Virus record (IMG/VR): IMGVR_UViG_3300027895_000005
Coordinates: 38,139-102,138 of that record
From: a virus
Reading direction: 5' to 3' (one strand)
DNA: 64,000 bases
The notes under the pieces were generated by a model. That model searched no databases. It worked only from the letters and a program-made list of their open reading frames with translations, and was not told the origin of the DNA. Shown one piece after another: positions 56,514 through 64,000 of the stretch; the first letter of the stretch is position 1, and every line of letters starts with the position of its first letter. A program made the translations under genes and the position numbers.

Positions 56514-56684
56514 ATGGCCGAGATCACTCACATGCTGGACGACGGCACGGGCCGTATGGTCCAACTCGTCACCCCGGAGCGGCTGACGGAAATCCTGCTG
56601 GACGACGGCAATACGCTCGACCGGCCGGCAGGCTTCCGCGCAGGTGACGAGTGGTTCGTCGTTGAGGAGGAAACCCCCCGATGA
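56514..56684 (+). CDS. Small hypothetical protein (56 aa)
   Basis: Manual; ATGA overlap with next gene. Confidence 0.55.
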   Translation: MAEITHMLDDGTGRMVQLVTPERLTEILLDDGNTLDRPAGFRAGDEWFVVEEETPR

Positions 56685-57094
56685 CTACCACCTTCACCAC
56701 CGACCTGACCCACGCCCTCGCTGCAATCACCGCCGCCGTCGACGCGGGCGACGACTCCCCGCTGACGGATGGCGTGTGGGCTGACCTGCTGGAGGAGACG
56801 GGAGATAGCCGAGCGGCGGGGTTGCGGCGGGCGGTCGCTTACGCTCAGGCCCACGCCGACGCTGCATCTGGATGGGGGAAGGCCAGCAGTGGATACGGAT
56901 GGCGGCAAACTGCCAGCAATTCGTGGACCGGGGCCGTCGAGCCTCGAATATTCGACCGCTTGCCGGAACCGGAAGAGCCGGGATTTCGCCACATTTGGAA
57001 TGACGTGGACATGGTGATTTACCCGACCAAGACAGCCGCTTTCCTCGCCCTGGCTGCGGCGCTGACCCCGGAGACCGCCCATGCAACCGACTGA
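56681..57094 (+). CDS. Hypothetical protein with degenerate TIGR02996-like motif
   Basis: DDSPLTDGVWADLLEETGDSRA. Confidence 0.65.
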   Translation: MTTTFTTDLTHALAAITAAVDAGDDSPLTDGVWADLLEETGDSRAAGLRRAVAYAQAHADAASGWGKASSGYGWRQTASNSWTGAVEPRIFDRLPEPEEPGFRHIWNDVDMVIYPTKTAAFLALAAALTPETAHATD

Positions 57095-57317
57095 CCTTGC
57101 CGTGCCAAAGCCCGGAGATCCGTCTTGTTTTATCGGTCTGGCTGTTCCTACGGCTGATATTGCCGATGCGGCTAGACGCATTTTCGATGGAAAAGGGGCA
57201 GATTACGATATTGAATTGCTCTCGTCGTGGTATTTCGCTGGCCGAGTTTCTGGCCCCGGTCCTGGGCTCTTGGACGTGGCCGCGACCGCCCTCATGGCTG
57301 CTGGACGGAAACTCTAG
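57081..57317 (+). CDS. Hypothetical protein
   Basis: Overlap-coupled. Confidence 0.5.
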   Translation: MQPTDLAVPKPGDPSCFIGLAVPTADIADAARRIFDGKGADYDIELLSSWYFAGRVSGPGPGLLDVAATALMAAGRKL

Positions 57318-57337
57318 CCCTTGCCAAGGGAGCGGCA

Positions 57338-57589
57338 ATGGCAAAATATCGCATCGCCTGGCTTATCCACGAGAAGCTTGATCTCGACCAGTGCCACGCC
57401 GCTGAGGCCGCCGCTCACGCGCAATTCCCCGACGCCGCGTGGATCGGCTTCGACCAGGAATGTCAGCGGTTGGGCTACAGTCACGACGACCGCGGCCGGT
57501 GTCGCTGCGGGACGGAGGACGGCGTGCATGATATCGCGTGCGGATATGGTAAGCGTATCAACAATCGCCCGCAAGGAGACAACCGATGA
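57338..57589 (+). CDS. Hypothetical protein
   Basis: RBS aagggag. Confidence 0.6.
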   Translation: MAKYRIAWLIHEKLDLDQCHAAEAAAHAQFPDAAWIGFDQECQRLGYSHDDRGRCRCGTEDGVHDIACGYGKRINNRPQGDNR

Positions 57590-57810
57590 CGACTCTCAAT
57601 CAGCTCAAAGCCCGCTTCGACGCGGCATGGAAACGGGCAACAGATGAGCATGGAAGGCTGGTGTTGCTTCACGGCTATGCCGACGCCGTGCCGCCGGAGG
57701 AATGGGCGGAATACAATCGGCTGCTGGCTGCGGCCGAACGCATAGCCGACGAGGGCGGGCCGGTAGGTTCTCCAGAGCGCGAAGCGGTCGTCTACGGTGC
57801 AAGGCGATAA
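57586..57810 (+). CDS. Hypothetical protein
   Basis: RBS aaggag. Confidence 0.6.
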   Translation: MTTLNQLKARFDAAWKRATDEHGRLVLLHGYADAVPPEEWAEYNRLLAAAERIADEGGPVGSPEREAVVYGARR

Positions 57811-57852
57811 GAGAAAAAACACGGGCGGCGGTGAATTTTTCACCGCCGCCCG

Positions 57853-58290
57853 CTACGGCTTCCCCGCCGGCATGCCGATCTTCTCCACCTTGACCGGCAA
57901 AGTCGGCGTCAACGTGAACGTCCCGCCGCTTGGCAGTCTCCCACCCATCCCGTTGGCGTCCAGCGATGCCTTCCACGAAAAACAGTTCGGCAGCACCCCC
58001 GGCTTGCTTGGCTCGATGGCTTCGGTCACCGTCAACACGCCGTCCTTCGCCACCCAAGATCCAATCCAGCGCTGCCCGCACCAGACACTCGTGTAGCCGC
58101 CCTGACGGTGGAACGTCGCCACGCCAGCACCGCCCTGCCAGTTGATAACGTGGCGGCCCACCAAGGAGGGCGGTTGACTCCACTTCGCCTGGAGACGGAA
58201 CGGCGTCGGAGCGGCCGTCAGCGTCAGCGGGTGCAGCGCCGTCAGGGCTAAGGCGACGACCAGGGCGAATCGGGACGTGATTCCTGGCAT
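57853..58290 (-). CDS. Secreted hypothetical protein
   Basis: Signal peptide FALVVALALTAL..AAPTPF. Confidence 0.65.
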   Translation of the reverse strand: MPGITSRFALVVALALTALHPLTLTAAPTPFRLQAKWSQPPSLVGRHVINWQGGAGVATFHRQGGYTSVWCGQRWIGSWVAKDGVLTVTEAIEPSKPGVLPNCFSWKASLDANGMGGRLPSGGTFTLTPTLPVKVEKIGMPAGKP

Positions 58291-58526
58291 GGGTGGTTCT
58301 CTTCGTTGCGTTTGAGCATCGACAGCAGGTCGCTTTCCAGATCGTCGCACACTTCACAGCGGCCGAAGCCGAACAGGCGATGCCCGAACTGACACACGCG
58401 GAAGTGGGGGTAGAGCAAGTAGTAGGTTGCGGTCAAAAAGAAACGGCGCATGGGTGATCCTCCTTCGGCACGGAGCCTATCCGATACAATGGGTGGGAGA
58501 CAAACCCACCCGGGAGACGCAGTCCG

Positions 58527-59315
58527 ATGACTACCCGTGATGCAATCCTGCGGGACATCCTCGCCAACCCGACTGACGATACACCGCGTCTGATCTATGC
58601 CGACTGGCTGGAGGATCATGAGGGCGAGGCTGGGGCGTTGTACGCGGATTTCATCCGGGTGCAAATCGGGCGGGCGCTCCTCTCATGCGAATGGGAGGCC
58701 AAAGACGGCGCGGCATGCCCGCAGTACAACGCCAAGCGTCCCGCATACCGAACGCAGGTCTGGTGCCCATCCTGCGCTCGCGACCAGCAGGTGCAAAAGC
58801 GTGAACGCGATATCCTCGAACCTCTCTGGCCGCGCCTCCCCGAATTGATTCCTGGCTGGTATTCCATTGACTGGGGGAGTCATCCGGAGTGGGAACCTCT
58901 CGTCGTGTTTGCCGACGCCAAACGCCGCCCGCTGGACGATGCCTTTCCTCCGGGGACGCAGACCATCCACGTTGTCTACCGCCGAGGATTCCCGCACACA
59001 GTCAACCTGCCGCTGGATCTGTGGATGCGGCATGGCCGGGCGATCGTGGTGGCGCATCCGATCGATCGCGTGGAGTTGACGGACAAGCGGCCGTCGCCAA
59101 CTAATCCGATAGATTTTTGGGGCTGGTATCGCTGGGAAGAATCATCGAATTTTGACCCAGACGATCTCCCTCCTGATCTCTGGTCTCTTGTGCCATGCGT
59201 CCAAGAAGACGATGATGAGAATTTCAAGTGGTTTGACTCGGAGCAAGATGCCAACGCCGCCCTGTCCACCGCCTGCCTCGCCTTTGTGCGTAGACAGGTT
59301 ACCGCTGTCACTTAA
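58527..59315 (+). CDS. TIGR02996 domain protein
   Basis: AILRDILANPTDDTPRLIYADWLEDH..ADFIRVQI. Confidence 0.9.
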   Translation: MTTRDAILRDILANPTDDTPRLIYADWLEDHEGEAGALYADFIRVQIGRALLSCEWEAKDGAACPQYNAKRPAYRTQVWCPSCARDQQVQKRERDILEPLWPRLPELIPGWYSIDWGSHPEWEPLVVFADAKRRPLDDAFPPGTQTIHVVYRRGFPHTVNLPLDLWMRHGRAIVVAHPIDRVELTDKRPSPTNPIDFWGWYRWEESSNFDPDDLPPDLWSLVPCVQEDDDENFKWFDSEQDANAALSTACLAFVRRQVTAVT

Positions 59316-59330
59316 AAAAAGGGAGGGGTT

Positions 59331-59501
59331 ATGGACAAGGGACTGCCGATCGAGGTTGTGAAGGCGCAGGATCTATCATGGGAGTGGGGTTACAGCAGCG
59401 GGCAGGACGGGAAGAGCGATCAGCCGCCGCCTGACGTCCCGTGGCCATCGCATTGGCGCATGGGGTATCGCGCCGCTGTCGAAGACCTGGAACGAAAGTA
59501 G
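59331..59501 (+). CDS. Rmf-like small protein (56 aa)
   Basis: Manual: WGYSSGQDGKS..P..WRMGYRAA; RBS gggagggg. Confidence 0.6.
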   Translation: MDKGLPIEVVKAQDLSWEWGYSSGQDGKSDQPPPDVPWPSHWRMGYRAAVEDLERK

Positions 59502-59502
59502 A

Positions 59503-59655
59503 TTACCGCTGCCGGCACCGCGACCAGAGCATGATCTGCCGCAATGCCGCCTGACTCTTGATGTTCTCGAGGTGTTTCCGTTGATGTCGCGCCGCCTTCT
59601 TCCGCGCGTGGGCTTTCAGTGCTCGTTTGCGGGTCTGTCCAGACCATCCAGGCAT
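59503..59655 (-). CDS. Small basic protein (50 aa)
   Basis: MPGWSGQTRKR... Confidence 0.45.
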   Translation of the reverse strand: MPGWSGQTRKRALKAHARKKAARHQRKHLENIKSQAALRQIMLWSRCRQR

Positions 59656-59660
59656 GGCGT

Positions 59661-59840
59661 TTACTCCCGCTTCTGTCTGGCGAACCACTTCGTGAACGCG
59701 GCTTCCCCAGCGATGCCCCACCACTCGCGGAAGAGGATCGCCTGACGGTCTGCGTTGAACGCGAACAGGACTTCGTGGTCAGCAACCGCCTGCACGGGGT
59801 GGTTACGGGGGAGTTCCGCGATTGGGATTGGAGTATCCAT
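59661..59840 (-). CDS. Small hypothetical protein (59 aa)
   Basis: Manual MDTPIPIAELP... Confidence 0.55.
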   Translation of the reverse strand: MDTPIPIAELPRNHPVQAVADHEVLFAFNADRQAILFREWWGIAGEAAFTKWFARQKRE

Positions 59841-59857
59841 GTCGTCGTCTCATTCAG

Positions 59858-59966
59858 TAGGCCGCCGGGAGTTGAACCCGGCCTCTCCGCGTCAACAGTC
59901 TGCGCCGGCTAAATGGTGTTGTCCGGAGGCTGCTTCTGCGGCGCTTTACCCCTAAGCTATCGGCCC
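59858..59966 (-). ncRNA. tRNA-like element with about 33 nt extra in the anticodon arm
   Basis: GGGCCGA-TAGCTTAGGGGTAAAGC D arm; CCGGG-TTCAACT-CCCGG T arm; CGGCCTA 3' end. Confidence 0.65.
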
Positions 59967-60050
59967 GCGCTCCCTTGAGAAACGGACCGGCCGGGCATTC
60001 CTCTCCCCGGCCGGCCCTGCACACCTCAACACCTCCGCAACAAGCGGAGC

Positions 60051-60761
60051 TTAGTACCCCAACGCGGCCAGCTGATCGGCCAGCGCCGCCAGCTTGGCCG
60101 ACAGCGGGGCGTCCACCGTGCTGACAGTGGACGAATAGGTTGCCGTGCTGCCGTAGGTCAGGCTCGGAGCGATCAGTGCAGGCGCCTGCGCCGGGAGAAG
60201 GGCCGCGCTCCCCAGGTACGCACTTGTGCCGTAACTTGCACCCAGCAGACTTGCACCCGCGCCGCCATATCCCAGCGCTGCCGTCCCGACGCCTCCGTAT
60301 CCGAGACCGGTCAGTCCAAGACCTCGACCGCCGAAGGCGAAGCCGGTACGGCCGATGCCAGCCAGACCCAGACCCGTTCCGAGACCTCCCAGACCCAGAC
60401 CACGAGCGCCCAGACCCAACCCCAGACCACGGCCGGCAAAAGCGAATCCTCGACCGACGCCGAGACCGCCAACCCCTCCGATTCCCCGGCCGACGCCAGC
60501 GATCCCGCCCACGCGGCCAATGCCGGCAACGGCCCCTCGACCGCCGACGCCCAAAGCGCCACGACGACCTGCGGCGGCGACACCGCCCCGCCGTCCAGCG
60601 AAGGCGAACCCGCCCCGTCCGGCGCTACGACCGGCCCCGATGGCGCTGCGACCGCCGAAGGCGAACCCTCCGCGACCTGCCCCCCCACGACCGGCGGCAT
60701 TCGCTTCGCTCGCCAGCAGACAGCCGGCCAGCGCCAGGCACACGATGATGAGACTTTTCAT
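60051..60761 (-). CDS. Secreted Gly/Ala/Arg-rich repetitive protein
   Basis: Signal peptide; repeated GRGGFAF and GLG units. Confidence 0.8.
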   Translation of the reverse strand: MKSLIIVCLALAGCLLASEANAAGRGGAGRGGFAFGGRSAIGAGRSAGRGGFAFAGRRGGVAAAGRRGALGVGGRGAVAGIGRVGGIAGVGRGIGGVGGLGVGRGFAFAGRGLGLGLGARGLGLGGLGTGLGLAGIGRTGFAFGGRGLGLTGLGYGGVGTAALGYGGAGASLLGASYGTSAYLGSAALLPAQAPALIAPSLTYGSTATYSSTVSTVDAPLSAKLAALADQLAALGY

Positions 60762-61132
60762 GGCTCTTCTTCCTCCTTCAACAGGGCGTTTATCTGGTCA
60801 TACAGTTCGTTGAGTTCTTCTTGAGACATCTTCGGAGCTTCGTACACCGCCCCGTAGACGGGAACGGAGATGCCAGGGCCTTCCTTCTCCACGTCCATCG
60901 TCTCCCATGCCCGGTTCCAGGGGGGCGGGACTCTGACGATCTCTGGGTTGGGAATCGGAGCAAGCCACTCCCGAGAGTTTAACCGCAGCATCCGATCAAA
61001 CGTATCGTGGAAGAGGAGTTTCTGTATCACGGCTTCGCGGCGTTCGAGTTCCTGAATCCGCGAATCCGTGCAGTCTGCCTTGTAGACGAGAACCAGCACT
61101 ACGCACGCAAGGAATCCAACGATCCATTTCAC
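60758..61132 (-). CDS. Membrane-anchored hypothetical protein
   Basis: GTG start; N-terminal hydrophobic helix. Confidence 0.6.
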   Translation of the reverse strand: MKWIVGFLACVVLVLVYKADCTDSRIQELERREAVIQKLLFHDTFDRMLRLNSREWLAPIPNPEIVRVPPPWNRAWETMDVEKEGPGISVPVYGAVYEAPKMSQEELNELYDQINALLKEEEEP

Positions 61133-61386
61133 AGCAGCATCTCCTCGTAAATGAACTTGAGCCACTTGACCACCACGGTATCAACCCCGATGACGACATG
61201 CAGGAATTCACCAATCAACGCCAGCAGCACGGCGAACACAACGCAGCCGATCCACTCGTGACTGATCCACCAGCCTATCAACGAGCCTACCACAACGGTG
61301 AGCAGCACGTCCACCACTGCCAGGCCAAGGAAATGGAAGTGAATCCCTTCACCCGGCTTGCCCAGCAGATCTTTCAGCGGTGGCAT
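61129..61386 (-). CDS. Small two-TM membrane protein
   Basis: KDLLGKPGEGIH..AVVDVLLT..LH..GVDTVV. Confidence 0.7.
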   Translation of the reverse strand: MPPLKDLLGKPGEGIHFHFLGLAVVDVLLTVVVGSLIGWWISHEWIGCVVFAVLLALIGEFLHVVIGVDTVVVKWLKFIYEEMLL

Positions 61387-61537
61387 CGGTGCTCCCCTTG
61401 ACGGCGACGATGGCGACCCTGGTGTATTCGTTGACGACCCCGGCGATGGGCACGAGGTTCCCGGCCCCGTCCATGATGACAATCTCCATGTCTCCGCTGT
61501 AGCGGGCGAGCAGATCGGTTATGTCCTTGACGGTCAT
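61349..61537 (-). CDS. Small protein, paralog A
   Basis: MTVKDITDLLARYSGDMEIVI. Confidence 0.65.
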   Translation of the reverse strand: MTVKDITDLLARYSGDMEIVIMDGAGNLVPIAGVVNEYTRVAIVAVKGSTDATAERSAGQAG

Positions 61538-61716
61538 GGCTTCCTCCTCTCCTCGGTCTGGGACGTGGGGGCAAGCGGCGTCTCGTTCAACACGGGCTTG
61601 CCGTACTCGTTCGTCACCTTGTCGATGGACTTGTACACCCCGGTATGGTCACGGATTAGAACCTCTTCGGCGGCTGGGTAGTCCCTGAGCGCTTCGTGCA
61701 ACTCCGACACGGTCAT
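61534..61716 (-). CDS. Small protein, paralog B
   Basis: MTVSELHEALRDYPAAEEVLI. Confidence 0.65.
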   Translation of the reverse strand: MTVSELHEALRDYPAAEEVLIRDHTGVYKSIDKVTNEYGKPVLNETPLAPTSQTEERRKP

Positions 61717-61970
61717 GGCTTCCTCTCCTCTGGCTGCGGCTTTTCATTCCTCGCAATCGCTGCATTCGACCAGAAGACCACCTCTTCCAACTTCGTGAGC
61801 GCCAGTGACAATTCCCGCGACGGCGGGCAGTTGCCGCGTAGCCTTGCCGCCAAATCCAGGGCGCGGTTGCGGTTGTCCTCGTACCTTTCGGCCTGGTCAC
61901 CGAACGGCGTGTGATGGCTGATGTTGTTCAGGTCGCGTTGGATGTCCGGACCACTTACCACGTACTTCAT
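61713..61970 (-). CDS. Acb2/Tad1-like hairpin protein
   Basis: HHTP..Q.ERYE..R..A..LA....CPPSRELSLALTKLEEVVFWSNAAIARN. Confidence 0.7.
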   Translation of the reverse strand: MKYVVSGPDIQRDLNNISHHTPFGDQAERYEDNRNRALDLAARLRGNCPPSRELSLALTKLEEVVFWSNAAIARNEKPQPEERKP

Positions 61971-62905
61971 GACGCCTTCCTCTTCCAGTTCTTGAGATCG
62001 AGGATTAACACGGTCTGCCCATGAGGCGTCAGTTCAGGATACAGGCGTTTCTTCGTGACCGGATCGAGCGTCCTTGGCGGCATCGTGCCCTCGGTGACAT
62101 GGGTCAGGAACGCCTGCGCCTGGTCGATGCCCTTCGTCGCGTTAACCGTGAGCAATCCGCGTTCCCCGGCCTTCGTGAACAAGGCGATCGGTTCCTTGGT
62201 GGTCCGGTTCTTGGCGATGGTCGCGGAACCATCCTGATGGCACTTAAAGCAGGAGTTCTTGTACACGACCATTGCCGCTTTGGACACCTCAGCATCGGAG
62301 TCGTCTGCCTCCTTCGGTTCGTCTTTCTTCGGCGGCGGCGCTGGACTCGGGGGAACGGGTGCAGGCGGCATCAGCGGAGGGGGAACCACGCCCACCCTTG
62401 ATTCCACGGCCGCCATCCTGCTCCGCAGGTCGTCGTGGCTCCGCTGGAGGGTGACCAGCAACTGGTCGCGCCGGACGCTCTTCGCCGCTTCCGCCTCCTG
62501 CTTCTGGGCCACTTGCCCGACGAGTCCTGTCAAGGTCTTGACGGCGACCAGGATCTCTCGGGAGGAGTCCGCGACGGCAACGGTTGTCGCGGCCCCTCCC
62601 GTGGCGACAGTAGCCGCGGTTCCGGTCGCGGCCGTCTGGACCGAGGTTGCCGTCTGGGTGCGCGTCTGCGTGGTGGTGACGTTGGTGGCGCCGGAGGGGC
62701 CGACGTAAACGGAACCGAAAACGGGGATGGGGATAGCCACATACGAGCTGACTGGTGCCGCAACGTACTGCGGATAATACGAGTAGCTTGGATAGTAACT
62801 CTGATAACCGGAGTACGAATAGGTGTAGTTCGGCTGGTAACAGTACCCGGCACGGCCCGATCCACAGAACAAGACGAGAACGGCAAGAGTAGCCCAGTAT
62901 TTCAC
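61967..62905 (-). CDS. Secreted protein with C-terminal c-type cytochrome motif
   Basis: Signal peptide, Tyr/Ser and Thr/Ala low-complexity, coiled coil, CFKCH and distal GTMPP. Confidence 0.75.
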   Translation of the reverse strand: MKYWATLAVLVLFCGSGRAGYCYQPNYTYSYSGYQSYYPSYSYYPQYVAAPVSSYVAIPIPVFGSVYVGPSGATNVTTTQTRTQTATSVQTAATGTAATVATGGAATTVAVADSSREILVAVKTLTGLVGQVAQKQEAEAAKSVRRDQLLVTLQRSHDDLRSRMAAVESRVGVVPPPLMPPAPVPPSPAPPPKKDEPKEADDSDAEVSKAAMVVYKNSCFKCHQDGSATIAKNRTTKEPIALFTKAGERGLLTVNATKGIDQAQAFLTHVTEGTMPPRTLDPVTKKRLYPELTPHGQTVLILDLKNWKRKAS

Positions 62906-62907
62906 TT

Positions 62908-63141
62908 TCAACCCTCCAGAACCACAGCCCACTTGAAGTCATCAAAGACGATGAGCACTTCCGGCCGCGGATGAAAACTATGAACGAAGATAATCTTTCG
63001 ACTTCCTCGTTTGCACATGATGCCGCATCCTTTGGCCGACCTTGACCGAATCTGCATCGTCGGGGAAACGCTACTATCGAACAGCAGCATGGGAGGCAGG
63101 AACGCAACAACGAGCACAAGGAGAAAGCAGTACACCTTCAC
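62908..63141 (-). CDS. Hypothetical protein with hydrophobic N-terminus
   Basis: Coupled ORF. Confidence 0.5.
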   Translation of the reverse strand: MKVYCFLLVLVVAFLPPMLLFDSSVSPTMQIRSRSAKGCGIMCKRGSRKIIFVHSFHPRPEVLIVFDDFKWAVVLEG

Positions 63142-63473
63142 TTCTTCTCCTTCACAGGTTCAACATCCAGCACGAGAAGGAACTTGACCTCCCCAAACTG
63201 GATGAACCCTGGTCGGTGTTTCACGCGGACCTTGCCCTTGACGCCCTTCTCCAGCCACTTGATGATCTTCGGCGTCTTCGGAGACTTCGTGTCGAAGCAC
63301 AACTGGAATGATTGTTTGCCGTCGGACACCGTGTAGACGTCCGGTTCCGGCGGCGTCTTGGCGATCCGATCCACATGGCTGACGGTGTACGCGAAGGAAA
63401 GTTCCTTCGTATCCGGTGGTGGAAGTGTCTCCGGCGGAGGGGCAAACAAACTCAACAGCATGAATAGCGTCAC
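63138..63473 (-). CDS. Secreted hypothetical protein
   Basis: GTG start overlapping upstream stop; MTLFMLLSLFAPPP. Confidence 0.6.
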   Translation of the reverse strand: MTLFMLLSLFAPPPETLPPPDTKELSFAYTVSHVDRIAKTPPEPDVYTVSDGKQSFQLCFDTKSPKTPKIIKWLEKGVKGKVRVKHRPGFIQFGEVKFLLVLDVEPVKEKK

Positions 63474-64000
63474 TTCTTTGCCTCCCTTGTTTCTCGTTCC
63501 CGCTGCTGGGCAAGCACCTGTTGCCCCATGCTGTAACAATCCTCGAACGTAAGGATTGACAGCACCGCCGGTTCCTTGAGCAGATACCCCGACAGGGCGA
63601 TGTGAGCGAGAATCGACGGCCCTTTCAACTCCGGCGGGCGAGCGTAGTTCCTCAGCGCCTTGAGCCAGTAATCGCGTTCGACGCCGAGAAACGCCGCCGC
63701 TTTCTTTAAGTCTACCGGATCGGTAGCATACCAGTGAAATTGACGACTGTACCACTGCACGGCCTTGGAGACGGTCAACCCTATCGGAAAGTCTTCCGTC
63801 GTCGTGGCTTTCTCGAAGAACTCCACGAACTTCTGTTCGTCGTCGGCCAGCGGCTTGTAGATGTCCGACTTCAACAGTTTGCGGGACTCCAGATCCTCTT
63901 GTGGATCGGTGAACGCCAGGAACGTCCATTGTCCGGCCTTGTCCCTCTTCCTGACGTCGTCCTCGAACGGTTTCAGCACGTTCGGCCAGTGGCACTGCAA
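63470..64000 (-). CDS. Partial CDS entering from window edge, begins xLQCH (possible CxxCH)
   Basis: Open from the edge; RBS-coupled downstream gene. Confidence 0.65.
   Translation of the reverse strand: MQCHWPNVLKPFEDDVRKRDKAGQWTFLAFTDPQEDLESRKLLKSDIYKPLADDEQKFVEFFEKATTTEDFPIGLTVSKAVQWYSRQFHWYATDPVDLKKAAAFLGVERDYWLKALRNYARPPELKGPSILAHIALSGYLLKEPAVLSILTFEDCYSMGQQVLAQQRERETREAKK

Noticed and set aside
59858-59966. tmRNA or group I intron
   Set aside because: Has a D arm, lacks G3-U70 and a tag ORF; the insert is far too short for a ribozyme
59500-60100. Prophage/host boundary
   Set aside because: No copy of the att core here, and phage-type small genes continue beyond; not fully excluded

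Overview
The whole window reads as a large temperate tailed-phage genome, probably infecting a Planctomycete (Gemmataceae-like: DUF1580-type HTH, several TIGR02996-like domains, planctomycete-style integrase N-terminus). It looks excised rather than integrated: a 3' tRNA(CAT) fragment (att core, 16616-16657) sits before the integrase with phage genes on both sides. From 1 to 14 kb (minus strand) is the packaging/head module: TerS, TerL, a DUF935-type portal fused to a GNAT-like domain, a 1189-aa ADP-ribosyltransferase protein, and a large ORF running off the edge. From 16.8 to 59.5 kb (mostly plus strand) are integration, immunity, replication (SSB-like, primase/AAA helicase, iteron cluster) and nucleotide/DNA-modification genes (two MTases, QueC, a TGT/DpdA-like protein, ThyX, SLOG, NDT), plus many small ORFs. 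From 59.5 to 64 kb (minus strand) are a tRNA-like element, an Acb2/Tad1-like protein, secreted Gly-rich and CXXCH proteins. The most striking observation is that three HNH endonucleases invade genes by three non-disruptive routes. One is overprinted in another frame inside an intein, one is overprinted inside the same methyltransferase with no intein, and one re-supplies the start of the gene it split. All family assignments are motif recognition by eye; no database search was run.
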